A program made the translations under genes and the position numbers. Below the pieces are notes generated by a model. The model had not been told where the DNA came from and ran no database searches. It saw nothing but the letters and a program-made list of their open reading frames with translations. Shown piece after piece: positions 51,995 through 64,000 of a stretch of DNA of 64,000 bases; the stretch's first letter is position 1, and the number at the start of each line of letters is the position of its first letter. Source of the stretch: Mobula birostris (Eukaryota); contig NC_092372.1 in NCBI RefSeq assembly GCF_030028105.1, positions 102,056,687 through 102,120,686 of the forward strand, in the 5' to 3' direction.

Positions 51995-52965
51995 GATCAG
52001 GATTAGTTTTAATATCACTGGCATATGTCTTGAAATATGTTGTTTTGCAGCAGCAGTACAGTACAATACATGATTAAAAGCTATCAATTACAAAAAGGAG
52101 GGAAAAGAGTGAGTTAGTGTATATGGGTTCATTTTCCATTCAGAAATCTGCTGGCAGAGGGAAAAAGATGTTCCTAAAAAGCTAAGTATGTGTGTTCAGG
52201 CCTGTACTTCCCCCATGATGGTAAGAATGAGAAGAGGGCACGCCCTGGGTGATAGGGGTCCTCAATGATGGGTGCTGCCTTTTTGAGGACTCGCCGCCTT
52301 TTGAAAGTGTCCTCGATGTGGGGGAGTCTAGTGCCCATGATGGTGCTGGCTGAGTTTGCAATCTTCTGTAGTTGTTTTCCGATCCTGTGTATTGGCCCTC
52401 CATATCAGACAATGACACAACTAGTTAGCGTGCTCTCTGCGGTACATCTGTAGAATATTTCCTGAGTCTTTTGTTACATAGCAAATCTCCTCAAACGCCT
52501 AATAGTCACTGTTTTTCCTTCTTTGTAATTGCATCAATATGTTGGGTCCAGGATAGATCCTCAGAGATGCTGACAACCAGGAACACGAAACTGCTCACCC
52601 TTTCCACTGCTGATCCCTCTCTGAAAGCTGATGTGTGTTCCTGAAGTACACAATTAATTCTTTGAGTTGAGTATAAGGTTGTTGTTGTGACACCACTCAG
52701 TCAGCTAATCTATCTCACGCCTGTACGCCTCCTCATCACCATCTAAGATTCTGTCAACAATAGTGTCATCGGCAAACAGAGTCATGGGTGCAGCGAGATA
52801 AGCACGCATCCTTGAGGTGCACCAGTGCTGATTGTCAGCGAGGAGGAGATGTTATTACCAATCCATACCCACTGTGGTCTCCTGATGAGGAAGCCAAGGA
52901 TCCAAGTTGCAGAGGGAGGTACAGAGGCCCAGGTTTTGGAGCTTGTTGAATAGTACTGAAGGCGT
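51995..52965 (-). mobile_element. Rex-Babar-like LINE 3' portion
   Basis: [14 protein letters not shown] fragment and the reverse-complemented 3' motifs. Confidence 0.8.
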
Positions 52966-54538
52966 GGAACGCTGAGATGTAATCAGGATAGCTACAATGA
53001 CGATTTGAGCCTTTGAGTAGAAACAGATGGATACACAGCATAACGATCTCCACCTGACTTTACAAACTAAAAAGAGATGCTGCAAATACTTCAGTAGCAA
53101 AGACAGTACCTGTAGTGTTAATGTTCGTGTCAGTACTTGCTGGCCTGTTGAGTTTTCTCTACATTTATACTTCTTATTTCAGCTTTTTATTCCTTTTAGT
53201 CATTTTCCCCCAATCCCATCCCCTAGAAATTTTTGATAATTATGTAATAAAAGGAAAACAATTTATCCCATATCTTTGAGATTTAAGTGAAATTGGCAAC
53301 TGTGAGAGTCCACTATCTCTGGAACATGGCACACTCCCTTCTCTGTCAATTTGTTCTGATGTACATGGTTGACAATTATTGACGCCAAAGTGTACAATCT
53401 GATCTAGCAGAAAATTCAAGCACCATACCTTATTGTAACAGGACATCAGACTATACTAACACATGATCTGGCATTAAATTATGATTCAGGCTATCTTTAT
53501 ATGGTGAGGTGTCCAAAGTGTCATGACCTCCTGATATAAATGTCATGCAGTTGTGTTTTTATTACAAGATAGTTAATGGTTTTGAAAATTCACACTAAAC
53601 CAAATGCTTCTGCAAGCTGTTATATTTATAGCATCTACTAAATTTAAGTGGCTCATAAAATATGTAAATAGTCTAAAATTCAGCAACGAAATAATATCAC
53701 CAACTGCTTTTGCCTCTTTTTGCTGCACAGATCAAGACAGACAGTTGAAACTGGACAAAACAAAACTCACACAGGATTTCTCTAGGGTAATATCTTTGCA
53801 TATCTTTGGATAAATATAGATTTTCTGTCATGCTACGTTCTTCATCAACTTTTGGACAACATATTAACCCCATGCCAATGTCATTTGGTTATCTTTATAC
53901 AAAATCAATATTGACTTTTATCTGACAGGCATATTGCCAAAATTATATTCATCTTTCTCATGGAATCTGTTAGACGTTTTGATAACAATGTGTTCACTGG
54001 TATTTTCAAACATGCTGTTACTTTAAAAATATGCATCTGAAAAATTGACAAGAGAGATTGTTTGTTCTGGGAGGTCTATAATTTACTCTCAACAGCAATA
54101 GCACACAGATGATGGCTGATTAAGTAAATGGAATTGGCAAAATGCACCTCATTTTAGGCGTATGGGGTGACAAAACTGAAATTACTTAGATCACATTTGG
54201 CTGACATTAACCCTGCCTTAGTAGTGGACTGGTACAATACAGCCGACCACATGTTAGAGAGTAACGCAATAGTCCATATCGCAATTGTCTATATCACAAA
54301 GAGGATACATAATGAAAAAAAAACTTTTCCACACTAATTCAGGAAGACCAATTTTTTCCCATATCTCAGGTTTTTGGATTGTAATTTCTGAGCTCTATCA
54401 AGGCAGATTTCTTATACCCAAATGCCTATAACATGAGGGTGGGGTGAAACGTCTCTACCAACGACCTTAATCAAAATGATGAACAGCCCTCTTCAAAAGT
54501 TCATTAGCATGATTTCTAAGATCATTTTGGATAAGTAC

Positions 54539-54859
54539 CTTTTGGATTATGTTGATCAGGAGGAGAACATTCAGGACATTATGGCCATCATTTACTTGCA
54601 GAAGAACTTTGTCAGGCAGGCTATTTACTCCATCGTGAACGTAACACACCTGTCCCCTTTTGAGATCTTCCAGTTGGAACATTTGTACCTTGACATCCGC
54701 TGGGAGCAAGGTGAGGTGTCCGTGTTTTGGTGGGTCCAAAACCCTTAGTACAACATCTGAGGGATTGTCATCATCATGAATGTCCAAAACCAGGTTAGAA
54801 ATGGTACCTAGTTCACCTCTACTGAGCAATAAGACTTTATTAGTCAGCACATACGGGCC
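54539..54859 (-). CDS. FRAS1: FRAS1 coding exon (1st in window; 321 nt, phase 0-0), CSPG repeat
   Basis: Splice sites tctctttccag|GGCCCG...CAAAAG|gtactt. Encodes GPYVLTNKVLLLSRGELGTISNLVLDIHDDDNPSDVVLRVLDPPKHG...YVHDG...LQVNDGHNVLNVLLLINIIQK, resembling vertebrate FRAS1 as recalled (APYVLRNEVLHISRGE...DDDNPQDVV...DPPLHG). Confidence 0.95.
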
Positions 54860-55376
54860 CTGGAAAGAGACAGATAGTAATTAAATATCACTTGTCTGTC
54901 TATTTGATGATTAATTTTAAAATAACTGTGTTACAATTAAAGACAATACTAAATAAAGATAATCAAATAAGTGTTTCTATTAAAAATCTTCCTTGGAAAA
55001 TAAAAAATATTTTTAAAATTAATAAAACATTAATATATTCACATTTAAAAGAAACATAAAAATTAAAATTTTTAGTTTTAACTAAAACTAAAAGTATATT
55101 AAGGATAAGAAGTTAAATTAAATTTAAAATCAAAACTATAAAATAAAATACTTTAAAAATCAGTATTTTGCCTCATTGCTCCTTTAAGGACCTACAATTA
55201 CATTATTTTTAATATTCTAAAAATACATAATCATTTCATTAAATTAAATGAACCTGAGGTTAAGGGTAGTTTACAGTATTTTTTCAGTGAGCATAAACAT
55301 TATACAAAGTTCAAAGTAAATTTATTATCAAAGTACAAAGTATTATGACTGTGAGAATCCAAACTGACTGGGGTTT

Positions 55377-55518
55377 AAAAATGCAAACACGAGGAATTCT
55401 ACAGATGCTGGAAATTCAAGCTACACACATCAAAGTTGCTGGTGAACGCAGCAGGCTAGGCAGCATCTCTAGGAGGAGGTACAGTCAACGTTTTAGGCCG
55501 AGACCCTTCGTCAGGACT
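55377..55518 (-). mobile_element. Solo ~140-bp Penelope pLTR-tail insertion with hammerhead motif (55483-55518, G12->A)
   Basis: Flanked by direct repeat GACTGGGGTTT (55366-55376 and 55515-55525). Minus strand reads AGTC-CTGACGA-A-GGGT(CTCG)GCCT-AAAAC-GTT-GACT. Confidence 0.85.
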
Positions 55519-56167
55519 GGGGTTTGTAAGTGGGGAAATTGAGGATCCAATTGCACGAGAAGGTATTGAGGCCAAGATCTTGGAGCTTATTAATTAGTTT
55601 TGAGGGGATGATATACTGAGTGCCGAACTGTAGTTGATAAAGAGCATCCTGATATATGCATCTTTGCAGTCCAGAAGTTTCAGGGTTAACTGAAGTCCCA
55701 TTGAGGTGCCATCTGCTGTCAAGCTTTTGCTCTGGTAGGTAAACTGGAGTGGATCCAAGTCACTTCTCAGGCAGGAGTTGATATGTTTCATCACTAAACT
55801 CTCAAAATATTTCATCACCGTGGGTGTAAGTGGGATTGAACAATAGTCATTGAGGCAGGTCACCGTGTCCTTCTTAGTCACTGGTATAAGTGAAGTATCC
55901 CTGACCAGGTGGGTACCACACACTGCCCAAGTGAGACTTTACAGATCTCAGTGAACATTTCAGCCAGTTGATCAGCACAGGACTTTAATACTTTGCCAGC
56001 TACCCCGTCTGGGCCAGATGCTTTTTGTGGATTCACCCTTCTGTAAGTTGCTAACACATTGGCCTCAGATAGAAACCACAGGATCATCAGGGGCTAAGGC
56101 CATTCGTAATGGCTCCTCCATGTTTTGACAGTCAAAGTGAGCACAGAAAGCATTGAGCTCATCTGGA

Positions 56168-56548
56168 AGTCTCTCTCTCTCTGGCTATCCATCCCATAGG
56201 ATGATGATGTTCCTTTCAGTCAGTTAGTGGGGTGGTACCCCACTCCTCAGAAAGGAACAGCGTGTGCGTGAGTGGATTTTAGATCAGTAGGGGGTTGCAC
56301 AGGTCCAGACCCACCCTCTCGACATCCCCTCCTGGATCCAGCAGCATGGTGGGGTCCAAGACGGCTGGGGGAAGTTCTGTTGCAGTGAATGGCCAGACCA
56401 AGCTTCGATGCAAGGGATGCCTTTTCCGCGCTTCACAGCATGTGTTTGCTAGATGGCCATTGACCCTACGAGAGGGTTCATCGGCCCTTTGACAGGTCTT
56501 GTTTTTCATCCTGCAGGGTGTTTAGGGTGTCTAATTGGGCAGGGTTTT
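56168..56548 (-). mobile_element. Unclassified GC-rich insertion, probably an RTE-related non-autonomous retroposon
   Basis: Interrupts the Rex-Babar copy. The minus-strand end reads CATCATCATCCTATGGGATGGATAGCC(AG)n, an RTE-like tail. Classification tentative. Confidence 0.45.
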
Positions 56549-59500
56549 CTTCAAACAAGCCTGGTTGAAGTCTCAACTATGATTTGAAATGCATCGGGAT
56601 GGACTGTTTCTTGTTTGGAAATGGCATCGTGCAATATCCCAAGCATCTGATTAAATTCAGCCGCTGGTGGTAGGTAAACTGTAGTCAGGATCATGGAGGA
56701 GAATTCCCGAGGTAGATAGAGTGTATGGTATTTGATCATTAGATGTTCAAGACTGGCGAACACGAGTTCGACGAAACTGTCACATCAGAGCACCAGTGAC
56801 AGTCATATTAAAACACACACCTCCATCTGTTGCCTTTAACATCCCAACAAAAGCAAATGCATGAGTACATAAGAGAAGCAGGAGCAGACCACTCAGTTCT
56901 TCGTTTCTGCCTCACCATTCAACATCACCATGATTGATTAGCCCATCGTCTCCTATCTTCCTCTGCACTAGGTCCCCACAGCCCTTCTTTCCCTAATCTT
57001 GCAGAACACATACAGTAAGACAAAAATAATAAAGAAATCATTCATCTAATTTCACACAGACATTGCAACTGCACCTTTCACTGCAGGAGAAGTTTTGAAT
57101 GGATAAAAAGAAGCCAATTTAACATGCACTTATTGACATCAATGCACTGTTAAATAATTAAAACTTCAATAAATCCTGCCCTCTATTTCAAAGACGTTTG
57201 TGCTCTATGATTGAGTTGCACTATTATTCACTTTTCCGTATCAGAGGATTGTTTGGATGGACTTTGTTATATCAACCTCTGGACAGGCTTAAACATTTAT
57301 CAGAAGACTACAATGGTGGGAGAAGAGAAGACCAAGAAGGTTAGCATCTTTTCTTTTAAATGGACAAAATGTAACATTTACTAATACAAAGACAGTGTGA
57401 TGATGTTTTAGGAAAGACTGTTCAAAAGCATGTTAGCTTCTTTCTTGAATGTTTAATCAGAAACAATTATTAAATTTTCAATTAGTGGGTGGACAGTATT
57501 CAGATTTTCCATTTCCCTTCATTTGGATCAGACATTGCATCTCAAGGACTCACATATGATCTCATGGTCTTACCATAAAATATAAGAGCAGAATTATGTC
57601 ATTTGGCCCATTGAGTCTGCTCCATCATGTCTGATCATTTCCCTCTCAGCCCCAGTCTTCTGCCCCCTCCCTGTATCCCATCATGCCCTGACCAATCAAG
57701 AACCTATCAACCTCTGCCTTAAATATACATAAAGACTTGGCCTCCACTGCCACCTTTGGCAAAGAATTCTACAGATTCACCACTCTCTGGCTAACGAAAT
57801 GCCTCCTTATTTCTGTTCAGAAGTGTTAGAAAAGATAAAGATGTTTCACCTCCAACTGTGCAATACCTTGATTTAATCAAAAAATTGACTGGTACAGATA
57901 GGGTTTGATGAAACAATAGGTGTAGATCTGCATCTCAAGTTATCAGCTATGTAAATGAATTGAAGTTTTAAATAAATGTGTTCTTCTCACAAGCCAGCAA
58001 GCAGAATTTTGACACAAAGACACCACAATGACTAAAGCTGGAGGTAACAGACAGTAAATTAGGGTTCAGAAGTAGATGAGCTGAGGAAAAAAAACATTAG
58101 GAGCACCATAGAATCAATTTCAACCAATTTCACTTGGAGCAGAGATTACAGTTGCAACACGGTGTAGGATATCTGGGATGAATTAGTCAGGGCTTCATCC
58201 TATGATCACTATCCAGTAGTTCCTGTTGTACGTAGATAACTAAATGTTAAGGTTGTTTGTGATATAACTCATGTTCAAATAGCCTGTCACTACTGATGTC
58301 TCTGTTCACACGAGAAATGACACTTGGATTGTTAGCAATTTGATAAGGTATTTCAACAAATTTAAGAAGAATATGAGAAAACAAATGAATTAGAAGAGAA
58401 AGAGAAATGAACAACAAGGTGAGGACACAACAAAACTGGCAAAAGAATACTCTTAATCTTACACCTGTTAATGATTATTGCCCACTGCTAGTAGCTCCTC
58501 TTGTACACAGTCACTTTGTGACAATTACAATGCTTTGCAAACTGTCCTTCCACCTACAAATCCATATAAAACTCTGCCATCTACATCACAACTCATTGTT
58601 ACTGTTATAGGAAGGGTGAGTATCCATAAGGATCGTCCATAAGTACTTTGTGGTTCAAGACTAAAAATTGATGGTGAACAAGCTCTTCAGTAAGCATCAG
58701 GTGGTCCTGGGGAACGCTATGATTAATTAAGTTAATAGGTTTTTAAGTACCTCTTCTTAATTTTTATTCAGATTCGATGTCTCTGTACCATTTTTATTAT
58801 CCAAGTTTTGCTAATTCATCTCAAGGTCTTTGATTAAAAGCATCTTTTCTTTCAGACTATCCATTACCTGAGTTATGATGTGATAAAACTGCTTGAAAAG
58901 CATGCACAGCACTTTTCTATTTACTTCTAATGAAGTTGGAATTACAGAATGAATGCTATTATGAATTATTAATTATAATTTAATTTACATTTCATAAAAT
59001 TACCTTAACAAGACATATTGGCATATGTGTAATATGTAAATCTATGCGACAAAAGCAAACGAGCCAAATAGCTAAGTAGTCGCAGAGAAGTTAATTACTT
59101 AACTTTTTAATTATTCACCAATGATTACATGAAAGAACTGACCTATTACAGATGATTCCTTAGATACTAAAGAAGGGGATAGAACTACAATGATCACTCT
59201 CTATTTGAGTTCTAGTGTCTCAGCAGAATTGTCCTCCAAACCATTCCCACACTTACAAATCATTAAAGGCACAATGCAACTAGGTGGTGGCCTTGCCAAA
59301 GACATATTGATTTAGTCCTCTTCTAAACTGAAAGGAATTCTCAGACCAGGAATTAGCCTGGTGAATCTCTTTGTACTGCCTCCAGTGTTCTCTTAGGTAA
59401 GAGGATCAAAACTGTACACAGTATCACAGATGAGCTCTCAGTAAAACTCTACAATTTGTAACAAAACCTCCTTATTGTTTAAACTCCTGCCCTGGTACAA

Positions 59501-61339
59501 TGAAAGCCAACGTGCCATTTGCTTTCTTAGCCAAGAAAGCACATAGATTTTTCTTCCTCGCTCTTACACAAGTGTTTTGTTTTTCTTTCCTCCACGGTAC
59601 AAAAGTTCATTCTGTCCTTCAATCTTAGTTGGTATCTGCACTGTGAATGTGCCTTGCCAAAGATGAAAAGCAAAGTCTCAAAGCCACAGCACCAGGATTT
59701 TGATGCCTCATCTTACAGCTTACCCTACAGCAAAGCAAATATAAATTGCATTATGAGAATGATTTATAGTCAAAAAGCAACGTAGAAGAGAAGCTCCCAC
59801 AGGATACACTTCCATTTTAGTGACTTCATATATACCAACGTGCAAGTTTCTCAAGCTTACACAAGAGGCACTCACAATTTGTGGTGCTTCACTTGGTACT
59901 CTTTCATTTGTCTACAACAAGTTTCCAGGTTCATCATTTGTTCTTAGGTAAATCATTTTCTTTTAAGATCCTAAATCAGCTCTGACATTCAGAAAGAGGG
60001 AATCAACTTCTAGGGAAGTACGACTGGAGATTATAATGAATGAGGCTGATCCAGCATTACCTCAAAGGAATATGAAAGACAATCTGCTCAGTTTAAAACC
60101 CTGGGCATTGACACTTTTTATTCTTGAATACTTATTCTTGCAGAAAAAGCATTGTAAGTATGAAAAGGAACGATTTAGTTTCTGAGGAAATTACCATGGT
60201 TACCGAAAATTTGAAATAAAAGGAGATAAAATGCTGGAAATACACAGCAGGTTAAGCAGCATCTAAATATTTAACTTCATTTGGTACCTTGAATGAAAGA
60301 GCTTGAATTTTAATGATCTCTGGAAGGGAGAACAGTTGGTGGTCACTGGCTCTCAGGGTAAGTTTCCCTTTCCTGGCAAAAATCAAAGACAAAAAGACAA
60401 AATAAAGTATTAAAGTCAAAGAAATTAAGTAATTTTAAAACTTAAAAATAATACTTAGCTGAATTTGTAAACTCATCCAGGAAAGTAGAGATATCATTGA
60501 GCTCTTCAGCCTTCAAGGTGTGTAGAAGGTTCCTGCTATTTGACAGCCACGTAACAAACATGATATACATTAACTTCTAATAGTAATTGAATGGGTCCCT
60601 TTCAAGGAACTGCAAATTGTTCATTCTATTTGCTACGAAACACCAATGGGCCAGAACCTACTGCCTGTAGCAGAGCAAGGTATGAACTCTCAGTGGGAGT
60701 TGGCTTCACAAATCCATCTCAATCCAAAAGAACAAAGAACTAGCAAGTGTTGACATGTTGCCATATGAAATAAGACGTCCAGCAGAAAACTAATACAGTA
60801 TCTGATGAAGTCAGGCTCACAGGGTCAGCTGACTGTCAAACCATTCTACAACACATGAAGCTTCTAAATGCCCTGACTTTCTAAATGGTCAAGTCTGTTA
60901 AAAACAATGAAAATGCAATTTAAAAAACATTGAAAACATTTAAACAATTAAAATATTTACATAACTTCAACTAAAAATGGCAAAATAAACAATTTTTATG
61001 TCCCTTAGGGCTGTGCCTTTCCATTCAAACGAGTGGAGACACTGCTCCCAGTAATATCTGTCAGTGTGCAGACTGAGGAGTTGAAGCAGTGTTGCTCGTC
61101 TTCAACATCACAGCAGTCAGGAAACTGTTGGGAAGAGCAACCAGCAAGCTTGAAGCTAATGCACCCTTACAGGAATCGCACATTTGGCAGTAATCATATT
61201 GCAGCATATTGATGGGTTTGCACCAAAAGATCTGGAGCAATAGTTAAACCATTTTAGGTTAAAACTAGCATCTGTATTGTCAGTCCAGTTGGATTTGTTC
61301 ATGAGGAGAAGAATCTCAAGGTTGTGTATAGTATACATA

Positions 61340-62957
61340 CAGGTGTCCCCCGCTTTTCGAACATTCGCTTTACAAAACCTCACTGTTACGAAAGACCTAC
61401 ATTAGTTACTTGTTTTCGCTAACAGAAGGTGTTTTCACTGTTACGGAAAAAGGCAGCGTGTGGGGAAAAGCAGCGCGTGAAAAAAATCAGCGGACGATAA
61501 AAGGCAGCGCGTGCCCTGAGCAGCGCTCTCCCCTGGATTCGGAATGACATTCTAGCCAGCATTGCTTAAACACGTGCCTGTGAGCAGCCATTTGCAAGAT
61601 GAGTTCTAAGGTATCGGAAAAGCCTAAGAGAGCTCATAGGGTCTTACACTTAGCGTAAAACTAAACATAATTAAGCATTTCGATCGTGGTGAATGAAGTA
61701 AGGACAAAGTGAGTTTGGCTTGTGGAAGTTGATGAAGATGATGTTGAAGAGGTTTTGGCATCCCATGACCAAGAACTGATAGATGAAGAGCTGATGCAAC
61801 TGGAAGAGGAAAGGATAACAATCAAAACCGAATGCAGTAGCGAATAGACCAAAACTGAAATCGTCCAGGAACTGAATGTGAAGCAATTGCGTGAGATTTT
61901 CGCTGCAATGCTAAAGTACAACTTTAATTTTGAAAGGGTACGTAGGTTTAGGGGATATTTGCAGGATGGTTTGAGTGCTTACAAACAACTGTATGATAGA
62001 AAAATGCACGAGGCTAGCAGTCTAGCAAGCCTTCCACATCAGCCACAGCAGACGATGAACCTCGATCTTCGACATCGAGGCAGGCAGACATAGGAGAGGA
62101 TGACCTGCTTGCCCTGATCGATGATGAGATGGCACCCCAGTGTCCCACCACCCCAACCCCCAGGACCCAGAAAGATACCGATTCATGGAGAATGCAGCGG
62201 TAGCTGGAACGCAGTCAGCACATCTTTAAGAAAAAAAGCTGAAATAAACAAGCTAATTAATTAGGTGCCGCCCGGCATGTAAACGTCGGCCCTGATCAGA
62301 GGTGATTGCCGATTGCGTCGCCTCTGATCTGGGCCGACATTTATGTGTCAGGCGGCACTCAATTAATTAGCTTGTTTATTTCGGCTTTTTCCTTAAAGAT
62401 GTTTTGGGTGCGTTCCGGCTACTGCTGGACCCCTGCATGCTTCGCAGATCAGTATCGGTCTGCGGCCCGGAGGGTGGGGACTCAGCCTAACACACCATCA
62501 TCAATGTGCTCGGCGCTGTCCCAATTCCGGTAAGTGATACTACACTGTACATACATTATTTCTACTTTATATAGGCTGCGTATTTTTACGTGTTATTTGA
62601 TATGATTTGGCAGCTTCATAGCTTAAAGGTTACTGGAGAGCGCTTGCGCTGTGTTTCTGCCGGCAGCGCTTGAGTGAGATTTTCGTCATGGAGAACAGTG
62701 CACAATGATTGTGGAAAAGTATTTCTAAGTTATATAGGCTGTGTATTTATCATATCATTCCTGCTTTTACTATATGTTACTGTTATTTTAGGTTTTATGT
62801 GTTATTTGGCATGATTTGGTAGGTTATTTTTGGGTCTGCGAACGCTCACAAATTTTTCCCATATAAATTAATGGTAATTGCTTCTTCGCATAACAACATT
62901 CCGGCTTACGAACCATTTCATAGGAACGCTCTACCTTCGGATGGCAGGGGAAACCTG
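61340..62957 (+). mobile_element. Tigger/pogo-like internally deleted DNA transposon
   Basis: Ends TA|CAGGTGTCCCCCGCTTTTCGAA ... TTCGGATGGCAGGGGAAACCTG|TA. N-terminal HTH remnant (MSSKVSEKPKR...TLSVKLNIIKHFDRGE) is joined to an acidic C-terminus (EVDEDDVEEVLASHDQELIDEEL...AYKQLYDRK). The DDE core is absent. Confidence 0.88.
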
Positions 62958-63109
62958 TACTTTGATAATCAATGTACTTTGAACTTTGATCCATCACTGG
63001 ACTTGTACATCCTTCAATCCACCTGACTCTCTTCAGTTAAAATCTTGTTAATTCTTGTCAGTGGACTCACCTGCTGTATTGTTTCAAATATTGTTGGGAC
63101 TTAATATAT

Positions 63110-64000
63110 TAAGTATAAATCAATACATTTATGAACTGATTTATTATTGTTACATGTAGAACAAAAAACTTATCTTGCATACCATCTGTACAGATCAACT
63201 CATTACAATGCATTGAGCAAGTACAAGACAAAACGGAATGATGTGTTACAGTACAGTGAAAATGTAGTCCAGGCAGATAGTAATATGCAAGGTCACAAGC
63301 AGACACATTGTGAGGTCAATAACCTAAGTTATCATCCTGGAGAAATATTCAGAAGTCTTATAACAGTGTGTAGAAGCTGAACATGAGCCCGGTGGTATTT
63401 GCTTTAAGTTTTTGTATTTTCTGCTCGATGGGAGGGGAGAGAAAAAAAAAATGACCAGGGTGATTGGTGTCTTTGATAGTGCTGGCTGTTTTACTGAGGC
63501 AGCAAGAAGTGAGGACAAGAGACTGGTTTACATGATGTACACAACTCTCTGCAGTTTCTTGTGGCCATGGGCAGAGCAGTTGCCATGCTGTTGTTTAGTG
63601 TGACATGGCCCGGGAGGGTCAGATGCGAGTCTGTCCGTTTGGGACCCGAGGTTGGGTCAATCTTCATTTGGCGCCTCATCCACAGCCGTTGAACATGGGT
63701 GGCCCTGAGTTGGCATTGCCTAATGGAGTCCTTGAAACACGCAAGCCTCCACATGTTGTCAACATGTTGACATATACCAAGCCATGACACATCTGCATAA
63801 CATACATTCTGCAGTGCACTGACAAAAATGGGTGCCAATCAAAGAGTTAAGGCAAAATTTCTTTACACCCCTGAGGAGGCAGAGATGCCGGTGAGCTTTC
63901 TCAGTTGTGGGAATCAATGAGGTTGGGCCAGGACAGCCTTTTGGTGATCTTCACTTCTAGAAATTTGGAATTCTCAACCCTCTTGATGTCAGCAATGTTG
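63110..64000 (-). mobile_element. Rex-Babar-like LINE 3' portion with a ~190-bp insertion at about 63600-63790
   Basis: ASVKQPALSKTP...FFSPLPSSRKYKNLK fragment and 3'UTR. The insertion resembles an RTE 5' end (GGAGGCTTGCGTGTTTCAAGGA on the minus strand). Confidence 0.7.

Larger units (their letters stand above)
55305..56800 (-). mobile_element. Rex-Babar-like LINE, internally deleted, hosting two insertions
   Basis: Fragments YLPREFSSMILTTVYLPP, KASGPDGV...CADQLA, CLNDY...MKYFESLVM...DLDPLQFTY and [12 protein letters not shown]. Confidence 0.85.

Noticed and set aside
63071-63110. Possible further upstream FRAS1 exon ending at a strong CAG|GTGAGT donor
   Set aside because: No convincing acceptor, and the translation does not resemble the expected preceding FRAS1 peptide. 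I found no exon in 54860-64000; it probably lies beyond the window, though I may have missed a divergent one.

Overview
This is vertebrate genomic DNA, not prokaryotic. The repeat content (V-domain tRNA-SINEs, esterase-ORF1 CR1, Rex-Babar, Penelope-like elements) suggests a cartilaginous fish such as a ray; that assignment is inference. The window lies within one minus-strand gene, FRAS1. I assembled eight consecutive in-phase coding exons by hand (54859->315; 1204 nt, about 401 codons of the CSPG/cadherin-like repeat region). They include a 33-nt microexon and an exon with a GC splice donor, and five of the eight are missed by the ORF track. The introns are full of mostly decayed and often nested transposons: CR1, Rex-Babar, Penelope-like elements with hammerhead-ribozyme motifs, hAT, Tigger, Tc1, BEL/Pao and SINEs. 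There is also a 33-bp minisatellite with a 463-bp higher-order repeat and a near-perfect 262-bp inverted repeat. I found no new protein-coding system. The best leads are at the RNA level: intronic hammerhead motifs with orientation-correlated core mutations, an inverted Penelope pair bracketing an in-frame two-exon block, a long perfect hairpin, and a microexon whose skipping restores the canonical repeat motif.
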